From a virus, in IMG/VR virus record IMGVR_UViG_3300013094_000036, positions 1 through 64,000 of that record: 64,000 nucleotides of DNA; one strand, given 5' to 3'. Below are positions 10,016 to 19,579 of the stretch, in pieces (positions within the stretch are counted from its first letter, which is position 1; every line of letters starts with the position of its first letter). The translations under genes and the position numbers were made by a program. The notes beneath the pieces are model-generated. The model saw only the letters and a program-made list of their open reading frames with translations, made no database searches and was not told the origin of the DNA.

Positions 10016-10213
10016 ATGTCAGATGATTTTCACAGAGTACGAACACATCATTGGGTAAATGGAGTTCTGAAATACTTTGACCATGTGTTTTCTACATTTG
10101 AGGCTTCTCTAGAGTTTGCACAAAATTACGAATGCGATAATTTTAAAATTTTTGACAGCGATGATAGTCTAAAACACAGTAGCCATGGCAAGCCAGCAGA
10201 AACCTACGCTTGA
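10016..10213 (+). CDS. Hypothetical protein
   Basis: ORF with GGGAG RBS, downstream of ATAAATA. Confidence 0.55.
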   Translation: MSDDFHRVRTHHWVNGVLKYFDHVFSTFEASLEFAQNYECDNFKIFDSDDSLKHSSHGKPAETYA

Positions 10214-10347
10214 CTTTTGTTTAAAATACCTTTATAAATATAAATGTTGCTGTTGAATGTCAGCAGCGTCAGCTGGGGTAAGATGGAAAAAGGTTGACAC
10301 AAGCTGCAGCCGTGTTATAGTGCAGATGTTGAAACGGAGCAAGCAAC

Positions 10348-10593
10348 ATGGGTGCTACTAGTAATAGCGAAAAGCTGGCAGCAGCTGAGCAGATACTGCC
10401 TTGTTACAACGCATGGCATCGCAGCTGCATGGAACAATGTGGCGTGCCGCTGCCCCGGCTCGAGCAAGATCTACTGACTGTCGCTGCCCGTTACAAGCAC
10501 CTCAAAGTGCCACAGAAGATGGGTGCAGCGGTGGGCAGATGGGCTGCCAAGCAGTTGGGACTCAAGTGGACAGCATTCAACGGCATACAATAA
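10348..10593 (+). CDS. Hypothetical early protein
   Basis: Own promoter and GGAGC RBS. Confidence 0.65.
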   Translation: MGATSNSEKLAAAEQILPCYNAWHRSCMEQCGVPLPRLEQDLLTVAARYKHLKVPQKMGAAVGRWAAKQLGLKWTAFNGIQ

Positions 10594-10651
10594 CTGGTTG
10601 ACATCGAGCCAAGACCTGTTATTATGTGTCTGCAAGCAAGGAGCAAGCAAC

Positions 10652-10831
10652 ATGGAAAACAACTATTTCATTGACGCTGATGCTGCATACGAAGCACGCT
10701 GGGAGCGTGATGAAACCTTCGATGACTTCGACAGTGCTGTCACCTGCGAGGAATACTACAACGAGCAAGAGTGGGACGAGCCGGATGTGGGCGAGGCCCA
10801 GGAGTGGGAATCCTTCGATCCCGACTGCTGA
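10652..10831 (+). CDS. Small, highly acidic early protein
   Basis: MENNYF...EAQEWESFDPDC, own promoter and RBS. Confidence 0.7.
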   Translation: MENNYFIDADAAYEARWERDETFDDFDSAVTCEEYYNEQEWDEPDVGEAQEWESFDPDC

Positions 10832-10891
10832 TTTTCGGTTGACACTGCAGGTGCTGGTGCTATTATGCACCAGCCAGCAAGGAGCAAGACA

Positions 10892-11242
10892 ATGATCAAC
10901 GTTAATACTGTGTTATACACCTGCGGTGACGGCTACTGGAGCCGTGCGGCACGTGCTGTCACTGTCAAAGGACTGTTTGTCAGCTATGAATCTGACAACG
11001 CTGAGTTTGGCGAGCTGCGAGTATACTTTGACACTGCCAGCTGGAATGTCAACAAGCTGGGACTGATCTACACTGACAGCCAGTTCGAAACTGAACTGTG
11101 CGAGTTCCTCACCAGCATAGGGCTGGACGGCAGCGATGTTGGCTACAGCGAACACGGCATGCAGGGCAGCAAATATGTCAGCTTGGACGTGGGCAAAGAT
11201 TTCCTCAGCAGCTGGCATGCCAAGTTTGCTGTGGCTGTGTGA
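10892..11242 (+). CDS. Hypothetical early protein
   Basis: GDGYWS, GLIYTD..F and YSEHGMQG motifs; own promoter and RBS. Confidence 0.7.
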   Translation: MINVNTVLYTCGDGYWSRAARAVTVKGLFVSYESDNAEFGELRVYFDTASWNVNKLGLIYTDSQFETELCEFLTSIGLDGSDVGYSEHGMQGSKYVSLDVGKDFLSSWHAKFAVAV

Positions 11243-11300
11243 TTTTGGTTGACACTGCAGGTGTTGGTGCTATTATGCACTTGCAAACAAGGAGCAAAAC

Positions 11301-11519
11301 ATGAAATATATTGTTTATGGCGATTATGGCTATGTCAACGAGCAAGAGCTTTACAGCTGCAACAGCCGCGATCAATCTGTTGCGTGGGCAAAGAAATACT
11401 GCCGTCGCGACACAGGTGGCTACAACGTCATCGAAGTTGCTTACTTTGCCAATGACGGTGAATATGTGCCAGTGTGGCAGTTTGAAGCTGAAGAAGAATT
11501 GCTCTACGACGAGTTGTAA
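11301..11519 (+). CDS. Hypothetical early protein
   Basis: Own promoter and RBS. Confidence 0.7.
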   Translation: MKYIVYGDYGYVNEQELYSCNSRDQSVAWAKKYCRRDTGGYNVIEVAYFANDGEYVPVWQFEAEEELLYDEL

Positions 11520-11577
11520 AAACCATTGACCATTTCAAACATCGTGCTATAATGATTCTGCAAGCAAGGAGCTATCA

Positions 11578-12078
11578 ATGAGTGATCGTACCTACACCGT
11601 TGCGGGGACCAGTGTGCAAAATGGCAAAAAGACTCTGCGTCTTGCCAACGGCACTGCTGCTGCTCGCAGCAAGATTTTAATCAAAGCAGGCTGCACAGAA
11701 GTGAAGTTGTTTGACTTGCCCCAGCCCATGTCTGCACCTGCTGCTCAAGCATGGCTGTTGTCGCAGGGCGATTCAGTGCCTGCCAGCGTGCCCAGCAGCA
11801 ACACTGCCAAACAGCGTAAAACTGCAGATCTAGCAGCTGCTAGTGCCAGCACAGAGCCTGTGGAAATTGCACACGAAGAGCTGGGGTTTGCTGCATCGGG
11901 TATGACGCGCGAATACTGGGACAATCAAAGTGTCATTGTGCGGCAAGAGATGTCTCGCAATGCTGCATGGGCTGCAGGCATCGAATGTGCTCGCGGTACT
12001 TATCCAGAGCTGGACATGTGGCTGGAAATGGAAGGCATTTTCACACACAACGATGGCACTTTGCAGGAGGCTGCCTAA
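11578..12078 (+). CDS. Hypothetical early protein
   Basis: YTVAGTS...K.R.AN N-terminal domain; own promoter; ends in AA. Confidence 0.7.
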   Translation: MSDRTYTVAGTSVQNGKKTLRLANGTAAARSKILIKAGCTEVKLFDLPQPMSAPAAQAWLLSQGDSVPASVPSSNTAKQRKTADLAAASASTEPVEIAHEELGFAASGMTREYWDNQSVIVRQEMSRNAAWAAGIECARGTYPELDMWLEMEGIFTHNDGTLQEAA

Positions 12079-12226
12079 CGACGATCTCAATGCTGCCCGC
12101 GGCATAGCCATGGCTGTTGTGCTGTCGGGCATGATCTACATGCTGGTAATCAGCTTGCACTATGTTTTCGGTTGACAACAGCGCAAATTCAACTAATATA
12201 CACAGACAACAACGGAGCACACTGCA

Positions 12227-12394
12227 ATGACTATGACTGAAGATCAAATTGAACAGGTTGTTGAGCGTCACATGAACAGCTTGGATAGCCAGCTGCTCAA
12301 GGGTGCAATCACTGATGAAGAATACAATCAGGAAATCCGAGAACTGGACAAGTGGGCTCGTCAACAGTATCTAGCGCAAAATATTGCTGGTTGA
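12227..12394 (+). CDS. Hypothetical early protein (55 aa, not in ORF track)
   Basis: MTMTEDQIEQVVERHMNSLD...; promoter and RBS; the stop codon overlaps the next -35 box. Confidence 0.65.
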   Translation: MTMTEDQIEQVVERHMNSLDSQLLKGAITDEEYNQEIRELDKWARQQYLAQNIAG

Positions 12395-12519
12395 CAACTG
12401 TAAAATATCTGCTAATATTAGCACGCAACAACGGAGCACGATACCATGCAAACTGACATGGAAATGGTAGAAGAACAACTGTGCGAAATTGACAAACGTA
12501 TCAAGCACACATTTGCCGT

Positions 12520-13113
12520 GCTGGTGTTGAAAGCAAAATGTTTGTTGCCATTGACAACAACTGCATTGATAGAGAAGTACGTGCATACCAACCTACACAT
12601 GTGGTCATTGAAGCACTTTGGGTGGTACCTAGTAAATTTGAAATCTTATCAAAACTGCATCCAAACGTAACTTGGATTATACGTCTGCACAGCGAAATGC
12701 CTTTTATTGCCAGTGAAGGTATTGCCATGGATTGGATTGGCGATTATGCACGATTTCCCAATATCATAATAGGTGTTAATGCACCCCGCATGATGGATGA
12801 GACACGGTTTTATCTACAACAAGTATATGGGTGGTCTAATGCAGAAACAGCCCAACGTATCATTTACATGCCCAACTTTTATCCGCAGGAATACAAATAT
12901 AAAAAGTTCAATCCCAGCAATGAATATATTAATATATCATGTTTTGGAGCCATACGCCCCCTTAAAAATCATTTACTTCAAGCAATTTGTGCTGTCCAAT
13001 TTGCAGATTCCATTGGAAGAAAGTTGAAATTTCATATTAATGCAGGACGCATTGAAATGAAAGGTGAGCCCATATTACACAATCTCAAAGGCATGTTTCA
13101 GCATCTGGCGGAT
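12520..13113 (+). pseudogene. Internal 594-nt fragment of a diverged copy of the 8940..9995 glycosyltransferase
   Basis: Colinear with 9063..9656, differences mostly synonymous, truncated at both ends. Confidence 0.8.
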
Positions 13114-13168
13114 CCCGTTCATGCTTTTTGGATTCCGTCAATGATTAATCCATTTTTGGAGATTTATT

Positions 13169-13489
13169 ATGAAAAAGTTATTGTTATCATTTTTATTAAT
13201 TGGTGCTGGAATGGGTGCTTGTACTGTACAGGCACATGAAGGATTTAGAGGATATCGTGGAGGATGCTACGGATGTAATTGGGTAGCACCAGCATTGATT
13301 GGCGGAGTAATTGGATACGAGTTAAGTCGTCCGCACTATTACGAACCATCCCCAGTCATTGTTCAACAACCACCTGTAATCTATACACAGCCACAGCCAT
13401 ATGTTCAGGCTCCTCCAGCGGGATACCATTGGCAACAAATGATTGATCCACAGACTAATACAACCAAAATCGTACTAGTTCCAAATTAA
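13169..13489 (+). CDS. Small secreted Gly/Pro-rich protein
   Basis: Signal peptide, WVAPALIGG, PPVIY; similar to 54568..54852. Confidence 0.65.
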   Translation: MKKLLLSFLLIGAGMGACTVQAHEGFRGYRGGCYGCNWVAPALIGGVIGYELSRPHYYEPSPVIVQQPPVIYTQPQPYVQAPPAGYHWQQMIDPQTNTTKIVLVPN

Positions 13490-13591
13490 AGTTGACATTG
13501 TACGGTAAATATTGTACAATTGAAGTTATTGCTGTATGAAGCAGAGAAAAAAGTGTTCTGGACGCAAGGGTAGAACACCGCAAAGACCACT

Positions 13592-13822
13592 ATGAACGAA
13601 CAGAAGATAAAACAACTTACCGAACAGGCTAACTTATCTGCTGATAAGATATATCAATTTGATCCCAAAGATGGATTCAAAATTCAAGAATGGGATAAGA
13701 TCCGTTTAGAAAAATTCGCAGAACTAATCATCAATGAATGTTTAGATGTTGCTAACGACACACGATATGATGGTAAGGTAGTTGCCAACCGTATCAAGTT
13801 TGTGTTTGGAGTCGAAGAATGA
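13592..13822 (+). CDS. Hypothetical protein
   Basis: MNE.IK.L...EKFAELII.EC...FGVE pattern common in phages. Confidence 0.7.
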   Translation: MNEQKIKQLTEQANLSADKIYQFDPKDGFKIQEWDKIRLEKFAELIINECLDVANDTRYDGKVVANRIKFVFGVEE

Positions 13823-14130
13823 TTGATTATTACCAAGCACTTAGAGAAATGCACCAGGGCAATGTAGTCAAGTATGCGGGCACGGTCAATGGTAATGTGA
13901 TGAGCGATAATGGTGCCAGTTTTTGTATGTGTCGTGGTTGTATCTTTCTATTTGACAACGGAGTAATCAAATGGAACAAACTGGGATATATGGTTTACGA
14001 TCCAGACTTTCGTTATGAACTAACTGGTGAAACTGTCGATCCACGGGCGTGGAAACCAGAGAAGAATCGGGACCGTAAAGAGATTAAATCCAAGTTGGGT
14101 TATAGTAGAGTTGGATTAGGAAATGTTTAA
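13819..14130 (+). CDS. Hypothetical protein
   Basis: ORF coupled to the upstream gene by ATGA overlap. Confidence 0.6.
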   Translation: MIDYYQALREMHQGNVVKYAGTVNGNVMSDNGASFCMCRGCIFLFDNGVIKWNKLGYMVYDPDFRYELTGETVDPRAWKPEKNRDRKEIKSKLGYSRVGLGNV

Positions 14131-14160
14131 CTAATCCTGGACTTTGGTTCGACAAAGGTA

Positions 14161-14913
14161 TTACAATCTTCCTTTGACCAGCCCCAACTGCTGAATTTTA
14201 GGATCACCTATTTTTAACAAATAACTTTTAGACCCGTTGTTATACCAGTGGGTCTTTTTCTTTGATTCAAAATAATCTACAGAACTTACCCATCCGTTGG
14301 GAATAACATCTTTGGGTCCGAATCGCTTCTTTTCTTTTGTTGTTAGGTTGTAGTAGAACTTTGTTCCATAAGAACCATTGTTGCTACCAGAAACTTTTTT
14401 AGATAAGTTTTCGGATCTTTCTTTTCTTTGATCTTCCGTTAGATTTTCCCAAGTATTAGGATTTAACAATCCCATTTCTACTAATTTAGACCAACCTGTT
14501 TGCCTAACTTTATTGTAAGTTTCTTCGGTCCAATTTTGAGTTCCGCCTACTACAATCTCACCTGAATCAACTTTTTGACGATATGCCTTAATATTTGGTC
14601 TATCTTCTTTTGGTATAGAATTTATGTGTTCAAACCCACCTATACCACCTGACCGCATATTATAACAATATGATTTACCCAGGTGCGGTGCTACTGTTTC
14701 TTCTTCTTTGAGCAAACATTCAGATTCATTTTCAAACACAAACAAAGTTTCCCTAACGAAATTATCTTTGCCATACTTTTTTACAGCATTGATTATCTGG
14801 GAACCGGATCCATAATAACCGTCAAATTGATACGGATCAATAGTTTGGCGATGTTTGCCAATATAAAATTTATTGTTGACAAGATTGATTGTTTTGTATA
14901 TAATATAAAACAT
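14161..14913 (-). CDS. GIY-YIG (Seg-like) homing endonuclease
   Basis: IIYKTINLVNNKFYIGKH...YYGSG...YGKDNF.RE..YN. Confidence 0.92.
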   Translation of the reverse strand: MFYIIYKTINLVNNKFYIGKHRQTIDPYQFDGYYGSGSQIINAVKKYGKDNFVRETLFVFENESECLLKEEETVAPHLGKSYCYNMRSGGIGGFEHINSIPKEDRPNIKAYRQKVDSGEIVVGGTQNWTEETYNKVRQTGWSKLVEMGLLNPNTWENLTEDQRKERSENLSKKVSGSNNGSYGTKFYYNLTTKEKKRFGPKDVIPNGWVSSVDYFESKKKTHWYNNGSKSYLLKIGDPKIQQLGLVKGRL

Positions 14914-15007
14914 AGTGTGTAACCCTTATAAATACAGTAGAGGACAGTCCCGAGTAACCCCGGGGTTGGTGTTAGTTACCGCTAACACCTTACTCTACTA
15001 TTTATGA

Positions 15008-15330
15008 TTGTATGAAGGAAAAAGAACAATTGACTGGACGCGGGGGGCAGTGCCCCGCCCGCTCCACCATAAGAGCATAAATTTACTTTGGTATTCCGTG
15101 TAAATTTACTTTGGTATTCCGTGTAAATTTACTTTGGTATTGTGTGCTTATGATGGGGGTGACTAGGTTCGATCAGCTGTGGTAAGGGTTGAGGTAGGCA
15201 ATGAGTAAGATACGACTCACAATCAGTTCAAAAACTATAAATGCCAACGATAATGTTGCATTTGAGGAAACTGCCCTAGCGGCATAACCTCATTGGGTAT
15301 GGGTTCCACCTAGAAACAGAACGGACTCAA
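15008..15330 (+). ncRNA. ssrA: Circularly permuted (two-piece) tmRNA
   Basis: Acceptor piece ends CGCTCCACCA (15069) and has a GGCAGTG T-loop. Coding piece starts GGGGTG (about 15156). Tag (A)ANDNVAFEETALAA* at 15243..15287. Outer ends are approximate. Confidence 0.93.
15078..15141 (+). repeat. 23-nt tandem repeat (about 2.8 copies) in the tmRNA intervening segment
   Basis: taaatttactttggtattccgtg repeated. Confidence 0.9.
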
Positions 15331-15429
15331 TTTCACCTGTATATTTTGACTTTTTCAAATCTATATATTATCTTTTAAATGTGGCACATAATTTGCCACA
15401 ACACACACAAACACAGAAAGGAAAATATC

Positions 15430-15678
15430 ATGGATAATAGTCCATTTCAACTACGCTTTGATTTACTTGCAATGGCCAAAGAGCTCCTCATGGAGGAGTG
15501 GTATGCCAAACGTCAAACACAAGAAAGGCAATTTGAAGAAAATGTTCGCTATTATAGCGAACGTGTTGCTGGTTCTGGTGGACCATTGCAGTATCCAGAA
15601 TTACCAGATGCACCCACTGATGAAAAAATTATGAAACTTGCTGCAGAACTCAATAGTTTTGTAAGCCGTAAATTTTAA
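15430..15678 (+). CDS. Conserved hypothetical phage protein
   Basis: SPFQLRFDLLAMAK...PT...I...A.EL..FV pattern; AGGA RBS. Confidence 0.7.
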   Translation: MDNSPFQLRFDLLAMAKELLMEEWYAKRQTQERQFEENVRYYSERVAGSGGPLQYPELPDAPTDEKIMKLAAELNSFVSRKF

Positions 15679-15872
15679 TAAATAGGTATGAGCACCACCT
15701 TAAAGGGCTCTATATTATTTCACTTAATCAAGACTATATTGTAAAAAACTAAATAAAATTGTTGATTGTTAATTTTCTATAATAATGGCGTCAGAGTCAA
15801 CGCCATCTGTGCGTTAGAACTTCTGATAAAAATAAAATTCTATATATCTAATAAGTAAAACGTAAAATTATA

Positions 15873-15904
15873 AAAATAGAGGGTAATGCACCCTCTATTT
15901 TTTT
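15873..15904 (+). terminator. Intrinsic terminator
   Basis: aaaatagaggg-taatgca-ccctctatttt followed by more T. Confidence 0.75.
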
Positions 15905-15971
15905 ACAACCTTGACAATAATGCTTAAAATTTACCATAGTAGTACATTAAACAACCCTACAGATAAAGCAA

Positions 15972-17858
15972 ATGACCAAAAAATCCACTGAAGAAATTGT
16001 AAAACTCACTGATTTTCAACACCACCGACTACGAACAGAGATGTATCTAGGCAGCAGAAATATTCACACGCAGACTGTGATAAACTGGGATGGTAAAAAA
16101 TTAGCAGCACAAGAAGTTTCTTGGACTCCTGCAGCTTATTGTGCATTTAGAGAAATTTTTGATAACAGTCTTGATGAAGTCGTTGGGCACGGACACGGAA
16201 CAAAAATTGATATCTCATATGATCCAGATACTCTTACTTTTGGTGTTGCTGATGATGGTAGAGGCATTCCCATTGACTGGGACGAAAATGAACGTATGCA
16301 CAAGGCAACAATTGCGCTAACACAAAGCAGGGCAGGTAGAAACTTTGGCAAGCGTGAAGAAGTTCGTGGAACAAATGGTATTGGCAGCAGTGTTGTTGTT
16401 TCCTGTTCTAAAGAATTCTCAGTGGATATTAGGCGAGATGGTAAAAGATTTCAACAGACATTTAGAGAAGGTTCAGATTTACTCCCAGAATTAGACATCA
16501 GTGAACCTCATATCGTCAAAAGTTCTGCTAAATCTGGAACTGAAACAAAATTCACTTTAAGTTCTGTTGTATTTCCACGCGCCAGTATTCCAATCGAATT
16601 TGTCCGTGCCAGAATATTTGAAGTGGCAGCAAATCATCCAAAAATTCGATTTACTTTCAATGGCGAAAAAATCACAATTGGCAAGAGCGTAGATAAGACA
16701 CTGTTCCCAAATCAAACCCCTGTGATAATTTCTATTAGTCAGGATAATTTTTCAAGTACATACTATCTACTTCCTGATTTTGCTACAGAAGGTGAGTTTT
16801 TACATAGCACTGTTAATGACATACCAGCCTTCAACGGTGGACAACATATTGATACATTTAAACGATTGTTTTTCAGTGGCATGTTAAAAGCCCTGGAACG
16901 TGAGAGTAAGCGCAGAGGTTTGATGCCCAACAGAAGTGACATTGCTGAGGGTATGCTAATATACAATACCACTACCATGCATGCTCCCAACTTTGACAGT
17001 CAATCCAAGACTAGATTGATAAATGATGAAGTGGACAAATACATCCGAGCAAGTATGGATGATGAAAACACATTCAAAAATATAATCCGCAACAATAAAT
17101 CTTGGATTGAAAATATCTATGCTCGCTGTGCTGCCCGTACTCAAAAGAAAGATGACGCAGATATTGCCAAAAAGAATAGAAAACTGTTGCGAACTAAAAT
17201 TCCCAAACTTCTAGATGCAAATGCTAGAAATCGCAGCAATTGTATTCTGTTGATTTGTGAGGGGGACAGTGCTAAAAGCATGGTAGCAGCAGTGCGAGAT
17301 CCAGAAATTCATGGGGCTTTACCTCTTCGGGGAAAGATACTTAATGTTCGCGGTGAATCACCAAAAACCGTTATTGAAAATCAAATTATAGCAGATATCA
17401 TGACTGCTGTTGGTGTTGGTCTTGGACAACCAGCAGATAGAAAAGAAATGCGATATGGAAAAATCTATCTGGCTGCTGACCAAGATCCAGATGGTGCAAA
17501 TATCACGGCATTATTAGTGAATTTCTTTTATCTACATTGGCCAGAATTGTTTGATCCAAAATTACCAGCAGTTTTTTACGTGTTTCAAACTCCTTTTATA
17601 ATTCAGGAAAAAGGCAAAAAAAGATACTATTGGTATGCTGATGATTATCAAAATTATAATCCAGAAGATTGGCGAGGTGCTCCGAAACCTACTAGAGCCA
17701 AAGGTTTGGGAAGTTTAGAGGAAATAGACTGGGTACACAGTTTGACAAATCCTCGCTTGATTCCATTGACAGATGATGGCAATCTTGCAGAAGCATTGGA
17801 TTTGATTTTTAATGAATCACGAGCAGATGATAGAAAACATTGGGTAGGATTGGATTAA
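15972..17858 (+). CDS. Type IIA DNA topoisomerase ATPase/TOPRIM subunit (T4 gp39/60-like)
   Basis: EIFDNS.D, DDGRGIP, GTNGIG, EGDSA, PLRGKILN, DQDPDG and KGLG motifs. Confidence 0.95.
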   Translation: MTKKSTEEIVKLTDFQHHRLRTEMYLGSRNIHTQTVINWDGKKLAAQEVSWTPAAYCAFREIFDNSLDEVVGHGHGTKIDISYDPDTLTFGVADDGRGIPIDWDENERMHKATIALTQSRAGRNFGKREEVRGTNGIGSSVVVSCSKEFSVDIRRDGKRFQQTFREGSDLLPELDISEPHIVKSSAKSGTETKFTLSSVVFPRASIPIEFVRARIFEVAANHPKIRFTFNGEKITIGKSVDKTLFPNQTPVIISISQDNFSSTYYLLPDFATEGEFLHSTVNDIPAFNGGQHIDTFKRLFFSGMLKALERESKRRGLMPNRSDIAEGMLIYNTTTMHAPNFDSQSKTRLINDEVDKYIRASMDDENTFKNIIRNNKSWIENIYARCAARTQKKDDADIAKKNRKLLRTKIPKLLDANARNRSNCILLICEGDSAKSMVAAVRDPEIHGALPLRGKILNVRGESPKTVIENQIIADIMTAVGVGLGQPADRKEMRYGKIYLAADQDPDGANITALLVNFFYLHWPELFDPKLPAVFYVFQTPFIIQEKGKKRYYWYADDYQNYNPEDWRGAPKPTRAKGLGSLEEIDWVHSLTNPRLIPLTDDGNLAEALDLIFNESRADDRKHWVGLD

Positions 17859-17860
17859 TC

Positions 17861-18154
17861 ATGGGTAAATTTGTATATTGTACATCACTTGACCATACAA
17901 AGTGGCTGGCACCAGACATATCTGCAGGCATTAACCTGTCTGCTGAAACGTTGGACAACATCAATCGGTATAAACTTCGGCAATGGATAGAACAACATTG
18001 CGAAGATACTGTGTGGATGTGGAACGGTTGCCAAATGCCTGATATGGGACAAGAGCCTTGGGGGCATTTGGTGTCGCCAAGTGGAGTAGGGATATTTTTC
18101 TTTGAAAAAGAACATGATAAGAGTCTGTTTTACATGACTTGGGTAGTTTTATGA
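17861..18154 (+). CDS. Hypothetical protein (small W..F...W family)
   Basis: QWIEQHC...FFFEKEHDKSLFYMTW. Confidence 0.6.
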   Translation: MGKFVYCTSLDHTKWLAPDISAGINLSAETLDNINRYKLRQWIEQHCEDTVWMWNGCQMPDMGQEPWGHLVSPSGVGIFFFEKEHDKSLFYMTWVVL

Positions 18155-18218
18155 GATTAAATTTCATGGCATGATAAATTAACATCTGAATGAAAACAAC
18201 AACAACGAGTTATATACA

Positions 18219-19571
18219 ATGAACAATACAACCAACTTTATAAAAGACAGCAGCAGAGAGTACTCCATTTATGTTTGCCAAAAGCGAGGGATACCCAGTG
18301 CCAGCGATGGACTAAAAGACTCGCAACGCAAAGTATTGTTTGTGATGAAAACACAAAACGAAAAAATCAAAACTATTTCTCTGGCTGGTCGCATGATATC
18401 AGAAAATATTTACGTACATGGCGATGCGGCAGCATGTGATACAATATCCCTGATGGCTGCTCCATATTGTAATAATGTTCCTTTGTTATCAGGTGTGGGA
18501 GCATTTGGAACTCGTGTTGGACCAGATGACTGGGGTGCTCCTCGTTATACCTATGTAAAGAAAAACTCTTATACAGACGCATTGGTCTATCAAGATTACG
18601 ACATTGTACCACTGAAAGAAAATTATGATGGAAGCGTGTTGGAACCAAAGCATTTTTTACCACTTATACCTATAGTTTTACTAAATGGTGTCAGTGGTAT
18701 TGCTGTTGGTTGGAGCACAGAAATTCTACCACATAGTCTAACAAGTTTAATTGATGCCACACTGGCTGCAATTGACAACAAGAAAACTCTGCCTGATTTG
18801 CTGCCCTGTTATGAATACTTGGGCTGTTCTGTGAGAGGAATTGGTGATAATGCCTATGAATTTAAAGGCAAAGCAACAATAGATGGCAGTAGTATTATTG
18901 TAACAGAACTACCACCAGATATAAGTTTGGAAAAATTTAAAGCAAAACTGAATAAACTAGAAGATGAAGAAAAAATCCAAACATATGTTGATCGCAGCAC
19001 CAAAGATATACATGTAGAAGTAAGATTTAAACGAGGTTCCATCACTGGCTGGACAGAGGCCAAAGCATTGGAATTTCTAAAACTAAACAGTAAAACTACA
19101 CAGCGTTTGGTTGTGTTAGACTGGGATGGCAACAACGTCAGGCAATATGATTCTACAGAATCTCTTATCAGAGACTTTGTTGAATGGCGAGTTGGATTTT
19201 ACACAGTAAGATATCAAAAATTAATCCGTGATGCCACTTATCAACTTAACTGGAATCTAGCACTAAAACAGTGTTATGATAAGGGATTGCCAGCATGGCT
19301 TCCTCGTGCACAAACGGCTGCAGAAGTTGTAGAAAAAATTCGATCAATATGTGCCAAAATTGACGTAGATCATGATCAAATTGACAGGATTTCAGCACTA
19401 CCAAGTTATCGGTGGGCGAGAGATTCATATGATAAGACACTGAAGAACATTGACGATTTGACTACAACTATTGCAGACTACAACATCATTCTAAATGATC
19501 CGCAAAAAATTCGTGCTATCTATCGTCAAGAAGTTGCAGCACTGAAAAAACTGCCAAAAATAGAGCGATAA
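18219..19571 (+). CDS. Type IIA topoisomerase breakage-reunion subunit (T4 gp52-like)
   Basis: DGLK.SQRK, YVHGD, catalytic APRYT, LLNG..GIAVG. Confidence 0.95.
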   Translation: MNNTTNFIKDSSREYSIYVCQKRGIPSASDGLKDSQRKVLFVMKTQNEKIKTISLAGRMISENIYVHGDAAACDTISLMAAPYCNNVPLLSGVGAFGTRVGPDDWGAPRYTYVKKNSYTDALVYQDYDIVPLKENYDGSVLEPKHFLPLIPIVLLNGVSGIAVGWSTEILPHSLTSLIDATLAAIDNKKTLPDLLPCYEYLGCSVRGIGDNAYEFKGKATIDGSSIIVTELPPDISLEKFKAKLNKLEDEEKIQTYVDRSTKDIHVEVRFKRGSITGWTEAKALEFLKLNSKTTQRLVVLDWDGNNVRQYDSTESLIRDFVEWRVGFYTVRYQKLIRDATYQLNWNLALKQCYDKGLPAWLPRAQTAAEVVEKIRSICAKIDVDHDQIDRISALPSYRWARDSYDKTLKNIDDLTTTIADYNIILNDPQKIRAIYRQEVAALKKLPKIER

Positions 19572-19579
19572 ATATTGCA

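Larger units (their letters stand above)
10294..12445 (+). promoter_or_regulatory. Seven repeated sigma70-like promoter/RBS cassettes
   Basis: TTGACA/C at 10294, 10598, 10839, 11249, 11526, 12172 and 12391. Each has a 16-nt spacer to TATTAT/TATAAT/TAATAT/TATAGT and a GGAGC RBS. Confidence 0.85.

Noticed and set aside
9063-13113. Diversity-generating retroelement template/variable repeat pair
   Set aside because: Differences are mostly synonymous and not adenine-specific, and there is no reverse transcriptase in the window.
15078-15141. Possible mini CRISPR array
   Set aside because: The 23-mers are directly tandem with no spacers and lie in the tmRNA intervening segment; no cas genes are present.
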